DNA of 53,703 nucleotides from a virus, in the UHGV virus genome UHGV-0137934; one strand, given 5' to 3'. The notes under the pieces are model-generated. The model had not been told where the DNA came from. It did not search any database and saw only the letters and a list, made by a program, of their open reading frames with translations. Positions within the stretch are counted from its first letter, which is position 1. Each line of letters opens with the position of its first letter. Shown here in pieces: positions 39,110 through 47,537 of this stretch. The translations under genes and the position numbers were made by a program.

Positions 39110-41193
39110 GCTGCCTGCTCCTCTCTGTTCACGCACATTTCGGGTAAGTTAGCGCGTACCAGCGCTTCGGCGAACGGCGGCGGGACGGCATTGCCACAGC
39201 GCGCGACCTGCTTATCTTTCGCGTATTTCACGCCGCGGTAATCCTGGTCAATGATGTACCACTCGGGGAAGCCCTGCGCCCGGTAAAGTTCGTGTGGCTG
39301 CAGCATGCGCATGCCGATATCAACGATGCGGTAAGTCACTCCGTCGATTTCCACCAGCCCGGTGCATTCCTCTCCGCAGTATTCCTGCAGGAACGACAGT
39401 ACCTGCTGCGCTCGCTCTTCATCATAGTCCTCTGCCGCCAGAGTCGTTTTAACCTCCCCTACGTGCTGGCCACCGGCAGTGATAGTCGGCATCGGCTCGT
39501 CAGTAGGCTGGCCGTCACGGCAAGTACCGCGGAGCTTGACCAGATGAGACGTAACCATTGCGGCATCAGCCTTTGTCGTCATGGTTTGCAGTGGCTCGCT
39601 AACGTCACGTGGCCTGCTCTGCCCAGCGCGACCGCCGACACCAACAACCTGAGCAGTAACCAGCGCATGATGATCGACAGTAGTAACTGAGTGAGTAGGT
39701 TCGTCCAGGTCAATACCGGCGCCCTGGTAGTTCCCTCCGTAGTGTTTTGCCAGAAACGCACCAACTACGGCATGTTTCCCGCCACCAGCCACAACGGTGC
39801 CCAGCGGCTTATCCATACCTGGCACGCGAGGTGCCTGTCCTGGCCGTTCCCCGTATCCCGTTTGAATGAGCGTCGGCACAACCAGCTGCGATTTACCGCC
39901 ACCGCCCGCGGTGATTGTTGCGCTAGGCTCATCCGCACGGTGTCCGATGCTGGCGCCGAACTGCCGGGCGATAACCGGAGCGACGACACAGGCGCGCGAT
40001 TCTTTCAGGATGGTGTGAGCGGGTTTATCGAGCGGGCGTGGTTTAGCCTGGTACTCGCTGCCGCCATTGCCATCCAGGAACGGAGCCAGCTCTGCTTCAA
40101 CAATACCCATAGCGTGACCATTCCCGCCCGGGCGTTTTGCGGTACCGGCCGTCACCGTCGGCAACGGATCGGTGACTTCCTGACCGGTAGCTCCGGTTCG
40201 GAATTTTGTCAGATGAGGTACCGCAATTGCGTAGCCGTGGGTTTTCGTAATCGTCTGTAGCGGATCGTCCAGCGCCTGTCCCCGGAAACAGTCGTATTTA
40301 CCGCGTGTCGTTGTGTGATTGCACTTCACGATGAACGGCGAAGCGCTTTCGATAACAAAGCGCTGAATGCCGCGGGCAATCCGTTTTAGCGTATTCTCTG
40401 CCAGTGACTTTTTGCGACCGAAGATGCTCGGCGCGGGGATTGACCAGTCTATGCATTCCGCTGCTGTACGCCACGGCTCCAGCTGGCCCGCCAGCACGGC
40501 GGCAGACTTCGGATCCCCGTGCGTGGCTTCCGGCCAGACTATCGGTTTCCCGTCCCGGCGCATCACCATGAAGAACCGCTTACGGATGGTCGGCGCACCA
40601 TAATCGCAGGCGCGCAGCTCGCGAAAATCGACGACATAACCCAGCCCGGCAATTAAGCGCTTGGCCTGCTCGCTATCCGGTGAAAACTCCAGAAACTCGC
40701 AACACTCCACCAGTGCAGGATGATCTGCTGGAATACCGGTGGTAAGCATCCCGACAAATGCATTGAAAGTTTCACCGATGCGTGCCGGATCCGGTCGCAT
40801 TTCTGCCGCGAGTAACGGGCCCCACGTTTTAAACTCTTCGACGTTTTCCAGCATCATGACTCGCGGGCCAACATCCAGCGCCCAACGAATGACGATCCAT
40901 GCCAGCCCTCGAATAGTTTTCTCTACTGGTTTAGCACCTTTCGCTTTAGAAAAGTGACGACAGTCAGGCGAGAACCATGCCAGGCCGACAGGCTTGCCAC
41001 TGGTAGCGGCTAATGGGGATACATCAAACACACTTTCGCAATAGTGAAGCGTGTCGGGATGGTTAGTGCGGTGCATAGCAACGGCGTTAACATCGTGGTT
41101 AATCGCGATATCAACGCTACGCCCTATCGCCAGCTCAATACCTGTACTGGCACCACCGCCACCAGCAAAATTATCGACAATAATCTCACGCAT
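39106..41193 (-). CDS. DNA (cytosine-5) methyltransferase, long form with repeated target-recognition-like segments (probably multispecific)
   Basis: 695 aa; motif I FAGGGG, motif IV SPDCRHFSKAKG, motif VI ENV, C-terminal CGNAVPPP; central region with repeated P.xTITAGG-type segments. Confidence 0.8.
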   Translation of the reverse strand: MREIIVDNFAGGGGASTGIELAIGRSVDIAINHDVNAVAMHRTNHPDTLHYCESVFDVSPLAATSGKPVGLAWFSPDCRHFSKAKGAKPVEKTIRGLAWIVIRWALDVGPRVMMLENVEEFKTWGPLLAAEMRPDPARIGETFNAFVGMLTTGIPADHPALVECCEFLEFSPDSEQAKRLIAGLGYVVDFRELRACDYGAPTIRKRFFMVMRRDGKPIVWPEATHGDPKSAAVLAGQLEPWRTAAECIDWSIPAPSIFGRKKSLAENTLKRIARGIQRFVIESASPFIVKCNHTTTRGKYDCFRGQALDDPLQTITKTHGYAIAVPHLTKFRTGATGQEVTDPLPTVTAGTAKRPGGNGHAMGIVEAELAPFLDGNGGSEYQAKPRPLDKPAHTILKESRACVVAPVIARQFGASIGHRADEPSATITAGGGGKSQLVVPTLIQTGYGERPGQAPRVPGMDKPLGTVVAGGGKHAVVGAFLAKHYGGNYQGAGIDLDEPTHSVTTVDHHALVTAQVVGVGGRAGQSRPRDVSEPLQTMTTKADAAMVTSHLVKLRGTCRDGQPTDEPMPTITAGGQHVGEVKTTLAAEDYDEERAQQVLSFLQEYCGEECTGLVEIDGVTYRIVDIGMRMLQPHELYRAQGFPEWYIIDQDYRGVKYAKDKQVARCGNAVPPPFAEALVRANLPEMCVNREEQAA

Positions 41194-42139
41194 GAGCGGT
41201 CCCCCTCATGCTGCCGACCAGCCCACCAGCAACGGTGATGATTTCGCTGGTGGGCACGCGCTCCAGCCACAACTGGTTAATGTGGGCCTTCAGCTTGTTC
41301 TGCTGGGAGAACTCCAGATCCTCTGCGCCTTGTACCTGTCCAAAGACGAGTCCAACTTCCAGTGGCCAGATCCGGGATTCAGGCTCAGCCAATGATGCAA
41401 CAGCATCGGGGATGATCACTTCAGGAGACTGAACTGGCGAAACTGGTGACAGGAATTTTCCTGCAGCAAACTCAGCCAGCGCCATACTTGCGCGCCCTTT
41501 TGCTTCCAGCTCAACGCGATCGATATAGCTAAAATGTTCACCGCGCCAGGTCTTATCAAATACCGCAATGGCCCCGGCAAAGAAGGCGCTGGTGGGCTTC
41601 TGCTTTTCGTCGGCCGGCACAAACCACGTTGGGAGATCGAATCCAATACGACCACGAATAAACATGATGTGATCGGCATATTCCGGCCACCATGTTTCAC
41701 TTGTTGCTGACTTCACGAGGTAAATGTAACGACCACCCTTTTCACGCTGCTCGGCGGTATAGTTCATAATATGAGTCATGCCAGTGATGGCTTGTTTTTC
41801 ATGGTACTGCGAACGGCTGTACGGCGGATTAGCAAAGGCCGCTCCTCCGAGTTCTACCAAACGACCAGACCAGTCCTGCGTCAGCGCATTATCTTCAGCG
41901 GTATACCATGCCGGACATTTTGTATTGCTGTCGTCTGCAAACAGGTCCAGTACCAGCGGGCCAAACATAGCGTTAACGCCCCAGAATAGCAGATCAGGGG
42001 TACGCCATTGATCCCCGACTTCTTTTAAATAATGCGCACTACGCTGGCGCTGTTCCTCAAGTGCCAGGCAATAAGGGCTGACTGTTTTTGTTAAAGTTTG
42101 CTCTTCTGCGGTCATAGCTTCTTGTACTTCCTGACTCAT
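41186..42139 (-). CDS. phage Dam-type N6-adenine DNA methyltransferase with C-terminal extension
   Basis: 317 aa; DLFADDSNTKCPAWYT and FANPPYS motifs. Confidence 0.7.
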   Translation of the reverse strand: MSQEVQEAMTAEEQTLTKTVSPYCLALEEQRQRSAHYLKEVGDQWRTPDLLFWGVNAMFGPLVLDLFADDSNTKCPAWYTAEDNALTQDWSGRLVELGGAAFANPPYSRSQYHEKQAITGMTHIMNYTAEQREKGGRYIYLVKSATSETWWPEYADHIMFIRGRIGFDLPTWFVPADEKQKPTSAFFAGAIAVFDKTWRGEHFSYIDRVELEAKGRASMALAEFAAGKFLSPVSPVQSPEVIIPDAVASLAEPESRIWPLEVGLVFGQVQGAEDLEFSQQNKLKAHINQLWLERVPTSEIITVAGGLVGSMRGTAHA

Positions 42140-42317
42140 AGTTTTCCCCTGCGCTGATCAGCATCAACAAGTGCTCTCAATAACCAGTAACGGCGATCAA
42201 AGCTGAAAAGGTCATTTCTGAGGAGTGCATATTTTCTGCGAAAAATAACGTCGTGCTGCCACCAGTAACGCCAGTGATGCAAACGCACAAGGCGCCGGAG
42301 ACTTATCAAAATCTTCT

Positions 42318-42776
42318 TCAATCGGAGCACAAGTCACCTCCGCAGTAATTTCCGGCCAGATAGCATGACCCGGCGGAATCATTCATGTTTCTGGCGTTTC
42401 GAACAGAAGCATTCTTAAGACGCAGGTACCGCTCTCTTGCTTTAGCCGTACAGTTGCTGTCACAAAGTTGCTGCCATACCGTCGCCGCACGGCGGTAATA
42501 GCGTTTCTCTTCCAGCTTTTTGGCTGTCGCTTCAAGGGCAAGAATCTCCCCCGAAAGCCCACCAGGCAGGTACTCTTCAATATCGATGGATCCCGCTACG
42601 AAGTAGATAAACCCACCAGTAACTTCAACGCTGGCAAGTTTCCCGTCGTAGTACAGGCGATGAACAGCGCTCTTCACTGTTACCGGTTTGGTTTCAGGAA
42701 ATGCCGCAGTGATATCGCGCAGCATTTTGCCTGGATTCTTCTCAATAAATTCAAAGATCGACTTGGCTATGTTCAT
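42318..42776 (-). CDS. hypothetical protein
   Basis: 152 aa; overlaps O-like stop. Confidence 0.4.
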   Translation of the reverse strand: MNIAKSIFEFIEKNPGKMLRDITAAFPETKPVTVKSAVHRLYYDGKLASVEVTGGFIYFVAGSIDIEEYLPGGLSGEILALEATAKKLEEKRYYRRAATVWQQLCDSNCTAKARERYLRLKNASVRNARNMNDSAGSCYLAGNYCGGDLCSD

Positions 42777-43684
42777 CCCCGGAACCCCCGTGGAATCGTG
42801 GTTTGTACTGGACTAATTGAATTAACATCCCGCGGTCTGGTTTTGTCCCACGACTCCCTTGGCGGGCGGCCTTTAGCATCCCAACGGATAGCGCTTTGCA
42901 GATATCCCTCGAATTTTTTAGGGCCGAAAAGTGTCTCGGGTCGCATGTACTGGTATTGCTCGTCGTTGCCATGCCAGTGCTCATGCTTGACGTCAATTAC
43001 CAGTTTCAAGTCGCTAACGGTATGACCTTCGCGGAGGCGGGCGCGAATGTTCTCCAGCGAGGTCTTAGATTTCTGGTAACGGGAACCGCTGACCAGATTC
43101 AGGTGTGCCAGAACTTCGATCGCGTTATCGGTAATAACAACTTCAGGATCCGGCTTATCGTCGGGTTCCGCAGGAGCCCGACAAGAAGGTTTTTTAGATG
43201 ACGGATCTAATGACGGATCTAATGACGGATCGCCTTCAACCATTGAGGGGTCCTCCCGCAATATTTGAGGGGGTACAGACCCATTATTTGAGGCATCAGA
43301 ATTTGACCCCTCAAATTTTGAACCCTCAAATTCTGAGGCATCAAATTTTGATTGTTCACGTGGCGTTGCGTAGAAAATTTTTGCTTCAGCTGCTGCACGT
43401 TCCAGCATGTCAACATTGAGTTTATAAACGTTCGAATTATTCTTTCCGCCCACGCGCCGTTCCTGCTTCTTCAGCCAGCCTTTAGCCTGAAGCTTTTTGA
43501 TAGCGCTGCGGACAGTATTCTCGCTCTTGGCGCCGATCTGTCGCTGAATAGTGGTTACCGCTGGCCATGACACACCTTCGTCATTACTGAAATCTGCCAG
43601 GCGAGCCATGACCGCTATTTCTGAGATTATCAGCCCTTTGAAAGCGCATGCTTCCCATACGAGGCCGTGTAATTTACTGCTCAT
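42773..43684 (-). CDS. replication initiation protein, O-like (HTH N-terminus), with internal origin iterons
   Basis: 303 aa; N-terminal winged-helix region; acidic repeat-encoding middle (FEGSKFEGS, DPSLDPSLDPS) coincides with DNA iterons. Confidence 0.65.
   Translation of the reverse strand: MSSKLHGLVWEACAFKGLIISEIAVMARLADFSNDEGVSWPAVTTIQRQIGAKSENTVRSAIKKLQAKGWLKKQERRVGGKNNSNVYKLNVDMLERAAAEAKIFYATPREQSKFDASEFEGSKFEGSNSDASNNGSVPPQILREDPSMVEGDPSLDPSLDPSSKKPSCRAPAEPDDKPDPEVVITDNAIEVLAHLNLVSGSRYQKSKTSLENIRARLREGHTVSDLKLVIDVKHEHWHGNDEQYQYMRPETLFGPKKFEGYLQSAIRWDAKGRPPRESWDKTRPRDVNSISPVQTTIPRGFRG
43195..43350. repeat. origin-like iterons inside O-like gene
   Basis: Tandem 12-bp ATGACGGATCTA x2.5 (43198-43232) and at least four copies of CCTCAAAT(T/A)/TTTGAGG motif. 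Confidence 0.55.
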
Positions 43685-43853
43685 GGCTGCCCTCTACTTC
43701 CCTGAACTTGCGTTGAAACTGATCGAGTGGGCTAAAGCACTCGTGGGAATAGCCTTCCCGCAGGTAGATGACGCGACGTGTCTCAGGCTCCCAGCGGATA
43801 ACTCTGACTGGATTGCCATAGTGGTCTTTGAACTTCCGGTTAACTTCTCGCAT
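43674..43853 (-). CDS. hypothetical 59 aa protein between cII-like and O-like genes
   Basis: ATG with GGAGGG RBS; stop overlaps O-like start; not in ORF track. Confidence 0.4.
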   Translation of the reverse strand: MREVNRKFKDHYGNPVRVIRWEPETRRVIYLREGYSHECFSPLDQFQRKFREVEGSHEQ

Positions 43854-44025
43854 AACGCTTTAGCCCTCCGGTTAAAGACCCCCACAACTCCGCGTGCCCG
43901 ACTGTGGTTACACTCGACCCATTTACCGCATACCATGCGCTCATACCGAAACGACGAAACGCCCGGGATCGGGTACATCCGTAGTTGCGGTAATTGAAGA
44001 TTTACGATTAAATTGCTCATGCGGA

Positions 44026-44577
44026 TTATTTCTCCATACACAAAGATTTATTCGCCACGACGCCCGGAGCTGCACACTCGCGGGCGTCACTCTTTTCTGA
44101 CTGGCAAAAGACACGGAAAAGCAATGTCAAATGCTCCTGCCATTTCGCCATCACCTGATAACTGTTCTCCTCGATCTGCTCTCGTTCTGCCTGGTCAATA
44201 ACACCGTCAGCTGTAGCTTTACGGAGATACTGTGAGTGCTTTCCGATCCACTCGATAGACTCCATCAGGCGCTGGTTGATATCGGCGTTATCAACGTCCT
44301 CAATATCTGCCAGCGGCACAAAAACCCCGTTCGAATGGCGGGCTATCGCATTGGCTATATGATTCGAACCACCAGCGCGCTGCAGAACCATTGCCCAGCC
44401 TAGAGGGAAAATCTGATCTCCATCGGCACGTAAGCGGTTAAACAATGCGTTTTCAGTAACACCCAGCCATTCAGCTGCTTCTGCATACCCACCGTCCAAA
44501 TCAGTGATCGTTTTTTTGATCGCAGCCACCAGCCAAGCCGGCTGCTTATCAATTTTCCATTCAGGTTCTATACCCAC
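44026..44577 (-). CDS. cII-like/YdaT-like regulatory protein
   Basis: 183 aa; follows cro-like gene as ydaS-ydaT pairs do. Confidence 0.45.
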   Translation of the reverse strand: MGIEPEWKIDKQPAWLVAAIKKTITDLDGGYAEAAEWLGVTENALFNRLRADGDQIFPLGWAMVLQRAGGSNHIANAIARHSNGVFVPLADIEDVDNADINQRLMESIEWIGKHSQYLRKATADGVIDQAEREQIEENSYQVMAKWQEHLTLLFRVFCQSEKSDARECAAPGVVANKSLCMEK

Positions 44578-44621
44578 TGTTTGCCCCTTATCTCTGTGGT
44601 TAACGCTGCTAAAACCAAATG

Positions 44622-44822
44622 TTATTGTTTGGAATAGATATCTGGTCGGAGATCAAACTTCGTGATCGCGCCGGATGTGCTTTTTTCCAGTTTTTTTGCC
44701 AGATCAAATCCGGCTTTTTTGTAGCCGTTAAAAACTAAACGCAGATAACCGGGTGTAGAGCCAACGTTTGCAGCTAAATTGCTTTGTTGCTCTTTAGTTA
44801 ATGAATCCCAGAACTCTTTCAT
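44622..44822 (-). CDS. Cro/YdaS-type HTH regulator
   Basis: 66 aa from second ATG (AGGAGG RBS 8 nt upstream); divergent from cI. Confidence 0.6.
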   Translation of the reverse strand: MKEFWDSLTKEQQSNLAANVGSTPGYLRLVFNGYKKAGFDLAKKLEKSTSGAITKFDLRPDIYSKQ

Positions 44823-44892
44823 ATATGTACCTCCTGTGTACATATTACACGAAAGAAATGAACCTTCAAGGTACTTGTACCACGAAGGTACA
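44823..44892. promoter_or_regulatory. cI/cro divergent operator-promoter region with GTAC-type palindromes
   Basis: ATATGTAC-N7-GTACATAT (44823-44845), GGTACTTGTACC (44870-44881), GGTACA (44887-44892). Confidence 0.5.
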
Positions 44893-44909
44893 CACGGTTT
44901 AATTTCAAT

Positions 44910-45584
44910 ATGAAAACAATCCAGGAAATCAGGCGGTTAAACGCCAGAAAATTGCGTGATGGTGTTGGCGGTAATATTTACTTCGCCAATATGATTGATC
45001 GCGAGCCGACTCAAACCAGCCGGTTCATGGGAGATGGCGCCACTAAAAACATCGGCGATGCAATGGCAAGGCACATTGAAAAGTGTTTTGACTTACCTAC
45101 TGGGTGGTTAGATCAGGAACATCAAACCACTAATGTTGCTAAAACTCCCGATGTCTCTGATACAAATAGAAATATCACCATGGTTCCGGTTATATCCTGG
45201 GTACAAGCAGGAGCATGGACCGAAGTTGGCTATGCTGAGGTTGATTTGAATAGCACTGAAAACTATCCATGCCCTGTTCCTTGTGGGCCGATGACTTATA
45301 TTCTTCGTGTTATTGGCGACTCAATGATCGACGAATATAGGCCCGGTGATATGATTTTTGTTGATCCCGAAGTTCCAGCAGTACATGGAGATGATGTGAT
45401 CGCCTTAATGCACGATTCTGGTGAGACTACATTTAAACGGTTGATTGAAGATGCAGGACAACGCTATCTAAAAGCACTTAACTCAAACTGGCCAGAACCT
45501 TACATCAAAATCAATGGTAATTGCTCTATCATTGGTACCATAATTTTTTCCGGTAAACCAAGACGATACCGAACGAAAACATAA
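44910..45584 (+). CDS. CI-type repressor (HTH plus S24 LexA-like peptidase)
   Basis: 224 aa; C-terminal VIGDSM ... ETTFKRL motif of S24 autoproteases. Confidence 0.85.
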   Translation: MKTIQEIRRLNARKLRDGVGGNIYFANMIDREPTQTSRFMGDGATKNIGDAMARHIEKCFDLPTGWLDQEHQTTNVAKTPDVSDTNRNITMVPVISWVQAGAWTEVGYAEVDLNSTENYPCPVPCGPMTYILRVIGDSMIDEYRPGDMIFVDPEVPAVHGDDVIALMHDSGETTFKRLIEDAGQRYLKALNSNWPEPYIKINGNCSIIGTIIFSGKPRRYRTKT

Positions 45585-45595
45585 CAAAGACTATT

Positions 45596-45619
45596 AAACC
45601 TGCTTCGGCGGGTTTTTTT
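45596..45619 (+). terminator. intrinsic terminator after cI
   Basis: AAACCTGC-TTCG-GCGGGTTT hairpin plus T7. Confidence 0.6.
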
Positions 45620-45623
45620 ACAC

Positions 45624-45656
45624 TTGACAATGTACCTCAACGGTACATAATGTACC
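45624..45656 (+). promoter_or_regulatory. P_L-like promoter overlapped by two operator palindromes
   Basis: TTGACA-N16-CATAAT; TGTACC-N5-GGTACA (45631-45647) and GGTACA-TAA-TGTACC (45642-45656). Confidence 0.6.
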
Positions 45657-45757
45657 TAAAAGAAACAGCGAACAGGCAGGACGCCCACGAAGTAGCCGCC
45701 CGGGGCATATGAAGACCGGGATGATTCGCTGACAGATAAACCAAATAGGAACAGATC

Positions 45758-45991
45758 ATGGCAAGCAAAGGCATTGAAAACCTTATCAAGGACGCATTAG
45801 CAAACGGCTGTCATGTAGTCCGTAAAGCGCATCGCTTCGAGGTAAGCAAGAAAGGCCAAAAATCAATCACTCTTATTATTTGTGAAGATGGCACAGCTTA
45901 CCGGGGAGATATTGACCTAACGATCGCCATAGCCATTCGCACTCAAAAAGAAATGCGCAGCATCCTCGGCCTGCCGGCCAAGGCAAGTTAA
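45758..45991 (+). CDS. hypothetical 77 aa protein, first ORF of P_L-like operon
   Basis: ORF with AGGA RBS; not arginine-rich like N; weak HicA-like resemblance only. Confidence 0.45.
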   Translation: MASKGIENLIKDALANGCHVVRKAHRFEVSKKGQKSITLIICEDGTAYRGDIDLTIAIAIRTQKEMRSILGLPAKAS

Positions 45992-45999
45992 TTACCACA

Positions 46000-47109
46000 G
46001 GTATCTTCGGGAGGGGTTGCGGAGCTGGATTGACCACCAGCAACAGAAACTCACCCGACATACAGCAGCCGTTTAGCCCACGGCGTCGGGGGTCCAGTAG
46101 ACCTGGATTAATACTGTAGGGGTTATGCCGGTTGGTCGCCGGCGCCCCGCCCGAAGATACCTGATCGAACATGGCGAAAGCCGACAGCGTTGAAGGCGAT
46201 TTTCTCGGTTTGCGCGCTAAACAATAGCGGGGGTGAAATCGGGGCGGAGAAGCAGAATCCGCGATGTCGGGACTTGATACTTCCGGCCAGACCAATAAGC
46301 CGAATGATCGCGTAACGGTCCTTTGCATCTGCCCCGGCGAGGTGGCGCCGCCGGACCGGGGTAGATGAATCGTACACAACATGAAAGCGCATTCCATCTT
46401 CATCCGTCGTGGGGACTGGTTTGTAACTGAAGGAGTGCGCTTCCAGTTGTGAACGGCAATATTCACGACCGTTGTATGGCACATGCAGCGTTAGCAGCCC
46501 GGATGGTTCCCTTGAAGTTCCATGCGCTATCCGGACAACTGGAATGTGCAAGCCAAGTGTTTCAGGCACGACGTGCGCCCCACCAGCGCGGCGAAAAGGT
46601 GTGACGCCCGGGAAGAGTCCGGGACACAACGATGAGGGCATTGACGAGCAAGGCACAGAGTCTGGTTCGATTCCAGACGCCAGGATAGTTCTATATCTGG
46701 TGATGGGCAGGGAAAAGGTCCGTTCGATTCGGACACCGGCAGTGCTCTCTTCGTTGTGGTAATTGCGGCTATGCGCACGTGACGAGCCAAACCCGTTCAA
46801 TGAATGCGTTTCCGGGCAGTGTACGTCGCCGGTTATGGCTTAACCCGGCAGGTGGAGGCACCACCGCCACAACCTAGTTAACTGTGCTGTGTGTAGTCTT
46901 GGCGGTTATCCAGTTTTCCACTATCCAAAGGAGGAAGAGGATAACGTTCTGATGGATAACCGCCCTTTTTACACAATACACAAGAGCATCACCGGGTGAC
47001 GGGCTCATTACCCAATCCACCCGGGCGGCGTCCTAACCGCAGGTGCTCTTCTGTGTTGTGTACGGAGAAATTCCCGGCGGTGGCAGCCGCCTTTCGAGAG
47101 GGTAAAACC
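46000..47109 (+). other. GC-rich structured non-coding region (candidate large ncRNA or cis-regulatory RNA)
   Basis: No credible ORF; multiple long inverted repeats and twin T-loop-like hairpins (see findings). Confidence 0.35.
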
Positions 47110-47481
47110 ATGAGTAATGATCGCATGACAGTAGTGCCCGATTTCCTGGGTGAACTGGACGCCGGCGTGTTCATGAACAAGATTGCGGCGGCTCTTAATA
47201 CCACCGCGCTCGGCGTTCTGAACAACGGCAACAAAGGCAAGGTTGTCCTCACCTTTGATTTTGAGCGTATGGGCAACTCTGTTGAAGAGAAGCGCGTCAA
47301 GATTAAGCACAAGCTGAACTACAGCACCCCAACTCCCCGCGGCAAAGCGTCGGAAGAGGACACCACCGAAACACCAATGTGGGTTAACAAAGGCGGCAAG
47401 CTCACTATCCTGCAGGAGGATCAGGGGCAACTCTTCGGTATCACCGGCACGGTGGACGGAAAGCTTAAAGCGGCTCAGTGA
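47110..47481 (+). CDS. YfdP-like hypothetical protein
   Basis: About 124 aa from ATG 47110 (GAGGG RBS); ORF track start at 46996 is unlikely. Confidence 0.5.
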   Translation: MSNDRMTVVPDFLGELDAGVFMNKIAAALNTTALGVLNNGNKGKVVLTFDFERMGNSVEEKRVKIKHKLNYSTPTPRGKASEEDTTETPMWVNKGGKLTILQEDQGQLFGITGTVDGKLKAAQ

Positions 47482-47537
47482 TCCGCACGCACAAATTCAC
47501 TGATACCACTTCGCTAATCAGTTAATAAGGAATTTTT

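Noticed and set aside
46000-46161. Retron msr-msd interpretation of the 17-bp inverted repeats enclosing 128 nt
   Set aside because: No reverse-transcriptase ORF or recognisable RT motif downstream; retained only as a remote possibility of a decayed retron.
46661-46734. Possible tRNA genes suggested by GGTTCGATTCC-like T-arm hairpins
   Set aside because: No complementary acceptor-stem 5' strand, D-arm or anticodon arm could be folded at the right distances, and there is no CCA end.
46123-46800. 225 aa minus-strand ORF (and overlapping 202 aa ORF 45876..46484) in the GC-rich block
   Set aside because: The two overlap in different frames, have no RBS context, and show H/R/S/P/C-rich, K-poor composition typical of non-coding GC-rich DNA. 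Treated as artefacts, though a decayed gene cannot be excluded.
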